NCBI RefSeq assembly: GCF_006345805.1
Contig: NC_043011.1
Location: 24,750,464-24,814,463 of the forward strand
Reading direction: 5' to 3'
DNA length: 64,000 nt
DNA from: Octopus sinensis
Taxonomy: Eukaryota
In this document: one piece after another, positions 1 to 11,107 of the stretch
Numbering within the stretch: position 1 is the stretch's first letter
Layout of the letters: each line of letters begins with the position of its first letter
Notes under the pieces: model-generated
Database searches by the model: none
Seen by the model: only the letters and a program-made list of their open reading frames with translations
Told to the model about the DNA's origin: nothing
Program-made: the position numbers and the translations under genes

Positions 1-960
1 TGAAATAAGGGAAAACTCAAAATAAATAATACATTACAACAGAAAGTCATAAAACATTATTTTTTTGTATTTGGTTAGCAAGATTTTTAATACGAGATCA
101 TTTGTTGAAACAGACTTTTATCTATCTTGGGACGGTCATTATGCCAATTATAAACACATACACTGGTTCTATTTCACTTATCATTATTATGATTATTATT
201 ATCATCATTATTATTTAGTAAATTAGTTAACTAATTGAATGATTATTTGACAGACTTGAAGAGAGAGTGTGCCCTTGATGCAGTCACAAATGGCGATGAA
301 AGAACTGACATACATAACTGACTGAATGTTTGACCGAACAATTAATCAAACCGTTAATTAGTTAAATGGTTGACTAATTGACTAATCCAAACAATATAAC
401 TGAAACAGAACCTCTGTGTGTATGTGAGAGAGAGAGAGTTTATTGATCCTCTTGAGATGCAACAAAATCATAAAACACAAACATTTGACATTCAAGATAG
501 CCATCATAATCATCTACTGATGTTTATGAAGGAACCTTTAATGGTTGTCATATATGCTAGAAATAACAGTCAAATCAATTTCTAACCAGCCTTCAAAAAC
601 AAAAAATTACATTGGATATTGTATGTAATTTTACAGTGTTTAAAGAAATAAGGCAGATGGCCATGTCAAGAATATCCTGCATCATTGGTCCTTTCTATCA
701 GGATTGGCCTGTAGATGATCACAACAATATCAATTTGTCTCCAATATTAATTTGTTTATATTGCAATAGATACAGGTGTCATAAATCACTGACAGTGACC
801 TAACAATTAAGCTCCTGAGTACCATGACGAACTGTTTAACCCAGGTCTTGTACGAAATAGTTCAATTAGTGTTTAGATATTTATTCTTGTCTGCTATCAT
901 CTATGCACTAAGGGCCTATGTGGGAGGATCTCTCAAGGCTTATAATGCAGTAGTTGAAAA

Positions 961-1233
961 CATTCGAGCGAGGTCATTGCCAGTGCCACTGGACTGACTC
1001 CTGTGCAGGTAGCACATAAAAAACACCATTTCGAGCGAGGCCGTTGGCAGTACCATCTGACTGGCCCTCGTGTTGGTGGCACATAAAAGCACCCACTACG
1101 CTCTTGGAGTGGTTGGCATTAGGAATGGCAGATCAGATTGGAGCCTGGCACAGCCATCTGGTTCGCCAGTCCTCAGTCAAATCGTCCAACCCATGCTAGC
1201 ATGGAAAGCGGACGTTAAATGATGATGATGATG
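961..1233 (+). mobile_element. Meta-domain-like SINE with (ATG)n tail and internal tandem duplication
   Basis: GTGGTTGGCATTAGGAA core; tail CCAACCCATGCTAGCATGGAAAGCGGACGTTAAATGATGATG. Confidence 0.8.
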
Positions 1234-2307
1234 CTGACTCCAACACAACCTACCAGAGGGTTGTGGTGGTACGTCTGCAAGACCCACACAATCTACTGGT
1301 GGATTGTGGTTAATAAACAGCATCAGTGATCCATGCCTCACATATGATAGAGTGAAAAAAATATGGCTCTCATATCAAAATTAAGATACCATATTGGTAT
1401 TCTGGAACAAAATGAGAAATGAAGCTCAAGAGCAAATGTGTTAATATGATGAGGGTTAAATAGGGTAACTAGGAATAATTATTCAATGGGAAGGGGGCAA
1501 GAATAACAATATTAGTCAATTGCTAAAATTTTCATTTTCTCAAATATATGGGAGACAACTCTAAACGGATTTAAGGCTTATGCCTTTATCAGTGAAGTAT
1601 AGCCTTCATTCTGCTGGCTGAAATAGTAATGAGAGAACTGCTGAGACAATAATTCAAGGAAATCATCCATTCGAAAATCAATGGTGACAGGAAATGAATT
1701 TTATATAATACTCTCTCATATTGTCGAACTTTAGTCAAACAAACAAACCCTGTCCCCTGCATTGATCAAATTCTACCACCAACAGTGAATTTGAGCTAAA
1801 AGATCTCAAAGGCAGTATTTAGTGAATAAAACGTAAAAACGACTAAACAATAAAGGACTGAAGTTCTTTTGACGCCTTTAAGTATGGGGGGGGAGGGGTT
1901 CGCAACTCTGACACAGAAATGCTCAGCAACTAAAACTGGAGTTGCAATATCTAGGATCTCATGAGCCAATAAAGGAAACTATGTAGTCACTAGAAATAGC
2001 AGCCAAATTCCCTTAATCTTTTTCATATAATATTTGTTGAAATACATTGCTGTTAACTTTAAGTAATTGCAATAGTTCAATGATGTCCTCATATTTCAAC
2101 AAACATCACAGTACAGTTAATCAGAGAAATGCTTTTAATCATATTCTATAATTGGTTGCCTTCAACATGTGTGTGTGTGTGTCCATTAAAGACAAGACTG
2201 AAGAATTTAGCGAAAGAAATAAAAAACAGTTCAAGAAAGGTTGGACAAGACACCAGAAAAGACATGCTACTATGTTATATTTCTTTTTATGGTGTTGTAT
2301 CACACAC

Positions 2308-2513
2308 AGGTGCAGGCATAGCTGTGCCACATAAAAAGCACGCAGTACACTCTGTAGAGTGGTTGGCATTCGGAAGGCATCCAGCCATAGAAACCAAGCC
2401 AAAACAGATTATGGAATCTGGTACGGCTCCTGGCCTTGCCAGTTCCTGTCAAGCCATCCAACTTATGCCAGCATGGAAGATGGACATTAAATGATGATAA
2501 TGATGGTGATGAT
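2308..2513 (+). mobile_element. Meta-domain-like SINE
   Basis: GTGGTTGGCATTCGGAAGGCATCCAGCC core and GACATTAAATGATGAT tail. Confidence 0.75.
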
Positions 2514-2694
2514 AAAGAGCATAGTGATGACATACTGAAACTAAAACAATTGTAGTGTGAAAGACACATTAGCCATTCAAAGAAAAAAAAAATCGGCACC
2601 AAATAATGTTGAGATGAAATTAACAGATTTAGAGTGTTTTTAAAAGGTTAAAGTGTCTTCCATACTGTAACTGTTATATTGTCATTGACAGTAC

Positions 2695-2835
2695 CTGGTG
2701 TCCCATCAGTTGCAGGTGCTGCTCCTGGAAGAGTCAAAAGACCACCTTCTTTTAAATGCTTTGCCGCTAAACTAGAGGCAATGACAGATGACCAAACACT
2801 TTGCTTCCACATATCATCAGCACTCTTCAGAAAGT
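2695..2835 (-). CDS. QDPR: Dihydropteridine reductase, coding exon 3 ([48 protein letters not shown])
   Basis: CAG acceptor (2838-2836), GTACTG donor at 2694, 141 nt, phase 1-1. MWKQS...[12 protein letters not shown]....GTPG is typical of QDPR. The next exon (MIGYGMAK-like) was not found in 1-2694. Confidence 0.97.
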
Positions 2836-3117
2836 CTGTAATTAACAAATAAAATTTTTCTTTTCAATATTAATTATTACCATTTAATATGAAAAAGGAA
2901 AATTGAGAATACAATACAATATTTTATTTCATTCTATTGAGTTTCACCACAATTAACTATTCCTGTTGTTCATCTCCAATTAAAAGACTGACTGACAAAC
3001 AACTGCATGGACACATTCACAGAGACACAAACATACAGACAGCTAGCCAGACACATTCACAGACAGTTACACACACACACCACATGTACTGACATGTGCA
3101 GACAGATATATGTAAAG

Positions 3118-3335
3118 CGGCGAGCTGGCAGAATCGTTAGCACGCCGGACAGAATGCTTAGCGGTATTTCGTCTGTTTTCACATTCTGAGTTCAAATTCC
3201 GCCGAGGTCAACTTTGCCTTTCATCCTTTCGGGGTCGATAAATTAAGTACCAGTTACGCACTGGGGTCGATTTAATCGACTTAATCCGTTTGTCTGTCCT
3301 CTCTGTGTTTAGCTCCTTGTGGGTAGTAAAGAAAT
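3118..3335 (+). mobile_element. Young tRNA-headed SINE (Deu/Nin-domain-like) with 14-bp TSD in QDPR intron 2
   Basis: A-box-like TGGCAGAATCG, B-box-like GAGTTCAAATT, core GCCTTTCATCCTTTCGGGGTCGATAAA. TSD AGATATATGTAAAG at 3104-3117 and 3336-3349; CpGs intact. Confidence 0.88.
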
Positions 3336-3552
3336 AGATATATGTAAAGAGACATGCATGCATGCAAACATGAGATGTGCACACAGGCAGACATGCACAC
3401 ATACAGTTGTGCATACATACACAAAAGCACAGATGTGCATATACATACTCAGACATATGCACACAAATACACACACACACTCACAAACACATACATGCAC
3501 ACATTCACCAAGTGTGCAATAAATTTAGGTAGTGACAATATAACCCACTTAC

Positions 3553-3739
3553 CTTTAGAATCAGCGTTGCCACCAGCCCATCCTCCTGCCACACACAATA
3601 TGGCATCTAACTTGTTCCCAGCAAGACTTTCTGAGAGTTTCTTTGCGATTTCTTCATTTTGCTCATGCAAAGTAGAACCAGTGACTTGTACATTAAAATG
3701 GGCATCATCATTGTTGATCCTGTCAACTGACCCAACCCA
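3553..3739 (-). CDS. QDPR: Dihydropteridine reductase, coding exon 2 (WVGSVD...KLDAILCVAGGWAGGNADSK)
   Basis: CAG acceptor (3742-3740), GTAAGT donor (3552-3547), 187 nt. Contains the diagnostic DAILCVAGGWAGGNA motif. Confidence 0.97.
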
Positions 3740-4376
3740 CTGCAACAAAGAGAATTGAACAGGTTAAAACTAGTGGCTTACTATGGGCCCTGGCACAGTA
3801 TTACACACTGTAATTAAAGCTGAACATTGAAATTAATATTCACTCTAAAATTAACATTTAAAAAAAAAAAAATGATTTAAACTAACTGTTATATTTATTG
3901 ATTTCAAATTTTAGGGGAGGCACTAAGTTGAATACATCAACCTTGGTGCTCAACTGCTATTTATTTTATTTTATGATTACTTCAAAACAATGTGAATAAG
4001 TATTACATTTGACAAGGTAATATGCATGCTAAAGGATTAAACCATCTTTAAGTAAGAAGTTTCTATCCTAAAACCAGAGATGGTTTCAGGAAAGTGGTAT
4101 CAAAAAGGTTAATTCTGAAAGTAATCTAGCTAGAAATCTGTGACTGCAGGTGAAACCACCAGTAAATAAAGAAAGCATGTTCTTTATGGCAATGGTCATG
4201 TCTATCGGAGAACAAGTTCCATCTGTGCTGACTAAATATGATAGTGTTATTCAATAAAAGGTGCAGCTGGAAGCAATGCATTAAGACAGTAAGTTATTAT
4301 CATCCAAATGGTTGCAGCAGTGCAGACTCTGCTGAACAATTCCGAGGAACCAGTTAGTAATATTAAACAAGGCAAA

Positions 4377-4592
4377 GGCAGTTAACTGGCAGAATCATTA
4401 GCAGGCTGGGAAAAATGCTTAGTGGCATTTCTTCCACCTCTATGTTCTGAGTTCAAATGCTGCCGAGGTCAAATTTGCCTTTCATCCTTTTGGGGTTGAT
4501 AAAAAAAATGTACCAGCTCAACACGGGTTGATGTAATTGACTTAACCCCTAGCCAAAAACTGCTGGCTTTGTGCCTAAATTTGAAACCAATA
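4377..4592 (+). mobile_element. Deu/Nin-like SINE, older copy
   Basis: Homologous to 3118-3335 (GAGTTCAAAT, GCCTTTCATCCTTTTGGGG). Further copies: 6668-6840(-), 11320-11450(-), 13204-13410(-), 23420-23530(+), 31607-31970(+, tandem), 34370-34640(+), 45485-45669(-). Confidence 0.8.
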
Positions 4593-5006
4593 TTAGATTA
4601 GGCAGCGAATTAGGTTTCCCATTTCAGTGTGCCTTGAATAACATTACATTATGTGTGATGGTGCTGTGCAATGATAAGAAATTATGTTGCACATGTATGA
4701 CAACATTTAAAGCATATGTTTGTAACTGAAAAAAACAAAAAACAATTGCTAAACTTTAATGTTATGATAATAATGCTTTCACCTTTGAAGATTAGAAAGC
4801 ACAATGCAGATTTAACACCAGCCAACACCACTGCAAGATAAATGCTAACCTTATCTTAATTATCAAGTCTACTTGCACTCAAAAATATCTCTAGAATCTT
4901 ATAGTGCCTATGACCCAACATTTTTCTTAGTTGCTCCCTTTCTTATGGTTTATCGTTACACTCCCCATCCGTCATTACAGAACAGAAAGACAATATGGTC
5001 CTTTAC

Positions 5007-5411
5007 CTTTTACTTGTTTCAGTCACTAGACTGTAGCCGTGCTGGGGAACTGCCTGGAATTTTTAGTTGAATGAATCAAACCCAGGACTTTATTATTTTG
5101 TTTTTAAGAAGTCGGTATCTTTTGCCAAGCCGCTAAGTTACGGGGGACACAAATACACCAACACTGGTTGTTGAGTAGTGATGGGGGTGGGGACAAACAC
5201 AGACCCAAACATATATACATACATAGGCACAGGAGTGGCTGTGTGGTAAGTAGCTTGCTTACCAACCACATGGTTCTGGATTCAGTCTCATTGTATGGCA
5301 CCTTGGGCAAGTGTCTTCTACTATAGCCTCGGGCTGATCAAAGCCTTGTCAGTGGATTTGGTAGACGAAAACTGAAAGAAGCATGTCGTATACACACACA
5401 CACACACACAC
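5007..5411. mobile_element. CORE-like SINE with its head (5226-5390, +) inverted relative to its tail (5007-5210, -)
   Basis: Head GGCACAGGAGTGGCTGTGTGGTAAG...ACCTTGGGCAAGT is on +. Tail CTTTTACTTGTTTCAGTCA...GGACAAACAC is in minus orientation. Confidence 0.75.
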
Positions 5412-6140
5412 TAGCTGATGTACCAGTAATTCCCGGGAAAGTGGAGTTTATTCCTTGGTTTCGTTCTCATAATTATTCCAACAATTCAATAACAATAGAA
5501 AGTAGCCCTTAAAACGGTTTTTGTGCATTTACAGAGAAAACCGAACTGTCTTACACAGGATCTTATTTTTAGGAATTCCCAAACTGTGAAGTCAGTTTTG
5601 TAATAACATGAAATTAGTTACCCGATAGTAAGGATTCAAATAAAGTAGCCCCAAAATGGGCTTTGTGTTCCCAGAGTATATAGAACCTAGGAGGAAATAC
5701 TAATAAGGTATGTATAATAAAATTGTGAAGCATGTTGCATAATAACAGGCTAATCAGATATAATGTCGCAACAACTCAAATTAAATAACTCTGAAAAGGG
5801 CTTTTGTGTGTTCCCAGAGAATATTACCCTCAGCAGTGCTAGTATTGATATATTCATGAATACTAAGAAATAAGCATATTCAATTTGATTTATACCAAAT
5901 GATTTAGGAAAATGAATGGGTTATTTCCCTTGGTTGTTAAAATGAAATATATTACATATATGTAATGATCTTTTCCAGGAGCTCTATTATCAATTTTTTC
6001 AACAATTTGATTATGCCATGAGGTTTCCAGTAATGAGTTCTACACTCATGTCAAGTTTCATCAAAATCGATAAAATGATGTAGGAGTTAGCTAACAACTC
6101 CACAAACACACCCATAGACAGAATTTCCTACATATGTAGT

Positions 6141-6369
6141 AGATATGTGTTTGTGTGCGCCCCCCCACCATTGCTTGACAACCAATGTTGGTGTGTTTAC
6201 ATCCCCATAACTTAGCGGTTCAGCAAAAGAGATCAATAGAATAAATAAGTTTACAAAGAATAAGTACTGGGGTTGATTTGTTCAACTAAAGGTTGTGCTC
6301 CAGCTACTATAGCCTCAGGCCAACCAAAGCCTTGTGAATGGATTTGGTAAACAGACACTGAAAAGCCCA

Positions 6370-6444
<75 letters not shown>

Positions 6445-6655
6445 AACACACACACATATATGTATGTATTTGTCTGTCTCTTATCACTTGACAATCGATG
6501 TTGGTGTGTTTACGTCCCTGTAACTTGGTGGTTCCGCAAAACAGACCCATAGAATAAGTATTAGGCTTACAAAGAATAAGTCATGGGGTCGATTTGTTTG
6601 ATTAAAGATGGTGCTCCAGCATGGCCACAGTCAAATGACAATACAAAAGAAAAAT
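6141..6655 (+). mobile_element. Tandem chimeric CORE-like SINE (tail - half head - microsatellite - tail)
   Basis: The tail is repeated at 6141-6304 and 6471-6655. The junction GTGCTCCAGC|TACTATAGCC joins tail to mid-head. Confidence 0.75.
6369..6470. repeat. Compound (CA)n(TA)n microsatellite inside a SINE
   Basis: Long pure TA run at ~6388-6442 flanked by CA runs. Confidence 0.95.
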
Positions 6656-7120
6656 GAATTAGATATGTGGAGAGGGGCAAGTCAGTTACATTGACTCCTG
6701 TACTCAACTGGTACTTAATTTATCAACACCAAGAGGAGAAAAAGCAAAGTTGACCTCAGTGGAATTCAAACTCAGAACATAAAGCCATACAAAATGACAC
6801 TAAGCATATGGTTCAGCATGTTTAATGACCGCCACCTTGCTGTCTTGGTTCGTTAATATAATAAAAGAAAAAAAAAAACATTTACATACCAGTTTTATAA
6901 ACCAGATTTTATTGCTAAAATTTAATATCACACATAAACAACAATTCCAATTTATGACATTGTTTAAGGGCACTTGTTAAATCTTCATGTCTCATAAATC
7001 TAGAAATCCGACATCACTTTTTACATTGTTAATCACTTGTAATATTTACTTTTAGTTACACCAGCATTTTAGAACATAAAAAAAAAAAAAATGTACAGTT
7101 TATTGTATTATCTTTTATAT

Positions 7121-7482
7121 TTTATTTGTTTCAGTCATTTGACTATGGCCATGTTGGGGCACTGCCTTGAAGGATTTTAGTCAAAGAAATCAACCCCAGG
7201 ACTTATTTTTTAAGCCTAGTACTTATTCTACCAGTCTCTTTGACTGAATCACTAAGTTATGGGGATGTAAACAAACCAACACCAATTATCAAGCAATGGT
7301 GGAGTACAAACACACACACACACACATTATATATGATGGGTTCCTTTCAGTTTGTGGCAACCAAATATACTCGCAAAGCTTTGGTCAATGCAAGGCTACA
7401 GTAGAAGACACTTGCCCAAGGTTCCACGCAGTGGGTCTGAACCCAAAACCATGTGGTTGCATAGCAAGTTTCTTACAACACA
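7121..7482 (-). mobile_element. Full-length CORE-like SINE (head + microsatellite + tail 1)
   Basis: GACACTTGCCCAAGG core and tail ending TTTGTTTCAGTCATTTGAC on +. Sister copies: 9011-9328(+), 12488-12770(-), 35632-35985(+), 60049-60408(+). Confidence 0.82.
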
Positions 7483-9529
7483 AATATATGTGGGTGTCCA
7501 TACTTGCCCAAGTTAGACGGAAATCTACAGGCTAAGCTTCACTAATTTCCAAACAAGGAATTATTTCCCCATGGCCAGGTATGCTTTTCATGGAAGACTC
7601 GAAATAAATAACCTCACTTATATAACAATGATGCTCATTTACAACTATCACATGATGTCTACAACAGGTTTCTTTCGGTTTCCATGTGTTAAATCCACTC
7701 ACAAAGCTTTGGTCAGCCTGAGGCTAAAGAAGACTCCTCTCACTACCACCAATAATAATTCTATTGTGTTTCAGCTCAGAAGCTGCAGTCATGCAGGGGC
7801 ACCACTGTTTGTTAAACCATGTCACTCTTCTGCATCTACTTTGATATAACTGAACTGAGAAGTGAATTTAAAATATTGATTGATTTAAAAGAATTGGGTT
7901 CTTTAACACCAAGTTGTTCTACGGGAAGACCTATGATCAAAAGGCATTTCAACCATGACCATACTTCACCATTTTTTCAAACATAGTATATCATTATATC
8001 TAGGACTATATTGTGATATATATTTTTTTTTTTTATTAAAGGATAATAGGATATGAGGAAGGTGATTTAGCTGCTATTTCTGGCACAGATAGAGACTAAT
8101 AAAGGCTTCCTTATTGGCCCATGTATGGAATAAGTATAACAATCTAAAAAAATTAAAATGGCACATGTTAGAATGAGAACTTGAAACCAGGGAGGTGGGG
8201 AAAAGAGAAATCTGAAGAAAGCTAGTTGTAGGTCAAGTGTAAAAGAATAGTCTTGTTCTCTTTTAATCTGCCTTATCCCCTCCACCACATATTGAAGAAG
8301 ACAGGATTTTTTTTTTTTTAAGCTCAAGTGTCTATAAAACAAGACAGCAGCCCCCCACTTTCACTGCTGCAGGTACTATTAAAAACAGAACAAATAAGCT
8401 CTTGAAATACCATCACTAGACAGTAAAAGACTTTTTTTTTTATAGATCTTTATAGTTGTTTTTATTATTTTTCATAAACACATAAAAGATGAGAAGTGGG
8501 GGGTCACATAATCTAATGGAGACACTTGTTTGTACAGAGACAGAAGTGAAGAAAGATTACTTTGCAGTCTTTTACTGACTGCAAACCTAATACAGTTTCC
8601 TAATGGAATGAAAACACTTGCATAGAGAGATAAGAGCTAAGATCACTGCAACCTGATTATTGGTACCATTTCATATCCACAGTCAAACGATGACACATGC
8701 TTCCGTAAAACTCAAAAATGATTAATAAGATATATTAAACATTAGTGTCACACCTAAACTGATACAGCACCAGCTTTTGGAGCCAAATATAATTGGTCTC
8801 TGTAGAATCCAATCAATTAAAGCTGTGCTGTGCTTTTATGAGATAGTCTAATTCACAATCTCATTAAACTGTAAAGGGGTATCGTGGGAAGGAGAAATGA
8901 GGGAATGAGCAACCCTGCAGGGTGGGGAGATGTTGCATAATTGCAAGGTTTTATTAGAATGCACTGTATAATTGTTGCGCTTTGCTATTTTGCACAGATC
9001 TTCAAGAAGGGATCATGGCTGTGTGCTTAAGAAGCTTGCTTTTGCAACTACATGGTTTTGGGTTCAGCCTCATTGCCCAGCGTCTTGGACAAATATCTTC
9101 TATTATAGGCCTGCACCAACCAGGAGACTGTAGATGCTTGTCATGTATATACACACACACACTCATGTATGTATGTGTCTTTGCCCTCTCCACACCACTT
9201 GACTACTGGTATGGGTTTGTTTACATCCCTGTAACTTAGTAGTTTGGCAAACACGACCAGTAGTATAAGTACCAGGCTTAAAATATAAATACTAGGATCA
9301 ATTTGTTTACCTAAATCCTTCAAGGTAGAACTTTAACAAAAAGTAAAAGAAAAATAATACAACTCTCTTGAGTCACTAACTAAATGAAAATTTTAAATCT
9401 TTAATGATGTCCCAATGTTAAATATTTAGTAAATAATTTTTTACATTGGCCATCACAAATTCAACGCCATACTGGAAATGTCTCAAGCCCAGCACACTGG
9501 TCATTTTTTAACATAAAATCATACCAAAG

Positions 9530-9810
9530 CAGACCTCGCCAGTGTTGGTGCCATGTAAAAAGCACCCAACCCACTCTGTAAAGTGGTTGGCATTAGGAAG
9601 TGCATCCAACCATAAAACCCATGCCAAAACAGACCTCACTAGAGGTAGCACCTAGTCGAATTTGTAAAGTGGTTGGCATTAGGAAGGGCATCCAGTCATA
9701 AAAACCATGCCAAAACAGTGGAGCTTGATGCAGTCCTCTGACTAGCCAGCTCCTGTCAAGCAGTCCAGCCCAAGCCAGCATTGAAAACTGATGTTAAATG
9801 ATGATGATGA
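9530..9810 (+). mobile_element. Meta-domain-like SINE with duplicated core
   Basis: TGTAAAGTGGTTGGCATTAGGAAG.GCATCCA occurs twice (~9581 and ~9663); tail GTTAAATGATGATGATG. Confidence 0.78.
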
Positions 9811-10272
9811 CTTCACAAATTCATAAGAAAGAAAAAAAAAATGCAGCTCTAAAACCAATTGATGATATCTAGGTGTTGCTTAGCTCTGACCAACTGTGTT
9901 CAAGCCATAACCATTCCACATCTAAAAGAAAGAATTATATGATGTGCTACATTATCCAAAAAGCCATTTGCTTTTCAAAATAGAATAAGATCTGAGGGAG
10001 AATTTGGTTGCTATTTCTAGTGGGCTGAACACAAAAGCTTCCACATAAGCTCAACATTATGTATTCTCTGTCACAACTACCACCACCAAACACACACAAG
10101 TATTGATTTATCAGACTGGTTCAGTCAGACAATAGAATATGAGAACAGAAAGACAAAATAAAAGGAATCTGAATGATACATAAATGTCACCAGACTGTCA
10201 CTACCATTCCCAGCCTTGTAGCATTATTGTAGCTTTGTTTCTTTACCATTCAGTCCCAGATTCTTGTACATT

Positions 10273-10480
10273 TTAACCCTTTAGCATTTAAACCTGTTAT
10301 ACCTAGCCCAAATATTCTACCTGTTTTATGGTCAGGACAGCCACATCTAGCCTTTCACATCTGCCCTACAGTGTCATTATAAGAGATAAACAGTCATATC
10401 ATTGAAGTCTTGATGCTACAAGACAATATGAATAAATAAGCATTATGTTTGAGAGAGAAATCTGAATGCCAGAGAGTTAA
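10273..10480 (-). mobile_element. TTAA-flanked ~200-bp MITE (piggyBac-like), full copy
   Basis: TTAA-CCCTTTAGCATT...AATGCCAGAGAG-TTAA with imperfect terminal inverted repeats. Homologous to 12325, 14457, 39237 and 42510. Confidence 0.7.
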
Positions 10481-10720
10481 AGGCTTCTGGCTCTCCACAT
10501 CACAGAAACAAGTATCTGGAAAACAAATACTTTCAGCTTTGGTTGAAACTATAGCAATTTCACAATTCAAAATATATTAGATGATAGAACACCTATAGAT
10601 GACGAGAGGATGGATCCGGAAAGAAGTCGACAATCCAGTTCCTGTCTGGTTTAACACTGTATTGCCTTCAGTTATCTACGGAGAACTTGGTATTTATGAC
10701 CTCAACCACAAAAACTGATA

Positions 10721-11056
10721 CATCATTTTAATGTCTACTTTTCCCTGCTTGCATGGGTCAGATGGAAATTGTTGAGATGGATTTTCTACAGCTGGATGCT
10801 TATGCCATTACCAACCCTCACCTGTTTCCAAAGTGAAGTAGTATTTCCCCATGACTAGTCATGTTTTCATGGAAGATTGGCAACAAAGGACACTGCTTGC
10901 ATGACAGAGAAACTTGCTTAACACTACCATATTATGTCAAGACAAGGAGACTAACACACACTCAGAGGCCTCTTGCAATTTCCATTTACTAAATCCACTC
11001 ACAAGACTTTGGTTAGTCCAGAGCTGTAGTAGAACACTTGCCCAAGATGCCACACA
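10721..11056 (-). mobile_element. Composite SINE: CORE-like head + body + Meta-like domain/(ATG)n tail
   Basis: Same head as the tail-1 family, followed by TATTTCCCCATG..TTTTCATGGAAGA body and GCTGGATGC Meta segment. Sisters: 7552-7735(-), 29830-30405(+), 49247-49721(-), 61421-61800(-). Confidence 0.75.
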
Positions 11057-11107
11057 CAGCCCAAAAAAACCAAATCACACACAGCCCAAAAAAACCAAAT
11101 CACACAC
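11051..11107 (+). repeat. 25-bp tandem duplication CACACACAGCCCAAAAAAACCAAAT
   Basis: Two adjacent copies at the head end of a SINE. Confidence 0.85.

Noticed and set aside
1-2694. Remaining QDPR exons (MIGYGMAK..., TLDTPMNR...)
   Set aside because: No matching minus-strand translation was found; they are presumed to lie left of the window.
3007-3758. Several 60-134-aa ORFs rich in H/T/C/V/Y
   Set aside because: They are translations of CA/TG microsatellites, a SINE and the antisense of QDPR exon 2. The same applies to ORFs at 6251-6552, 27284-27720, 49389-49732 and 53481-53763.
5226-5300. tRNA genes at A/B-box-like sequences
   Set aside because: There is no cloverleaf, and each continues into SINE body sequence, so these are tRNA-derived SINE heads.
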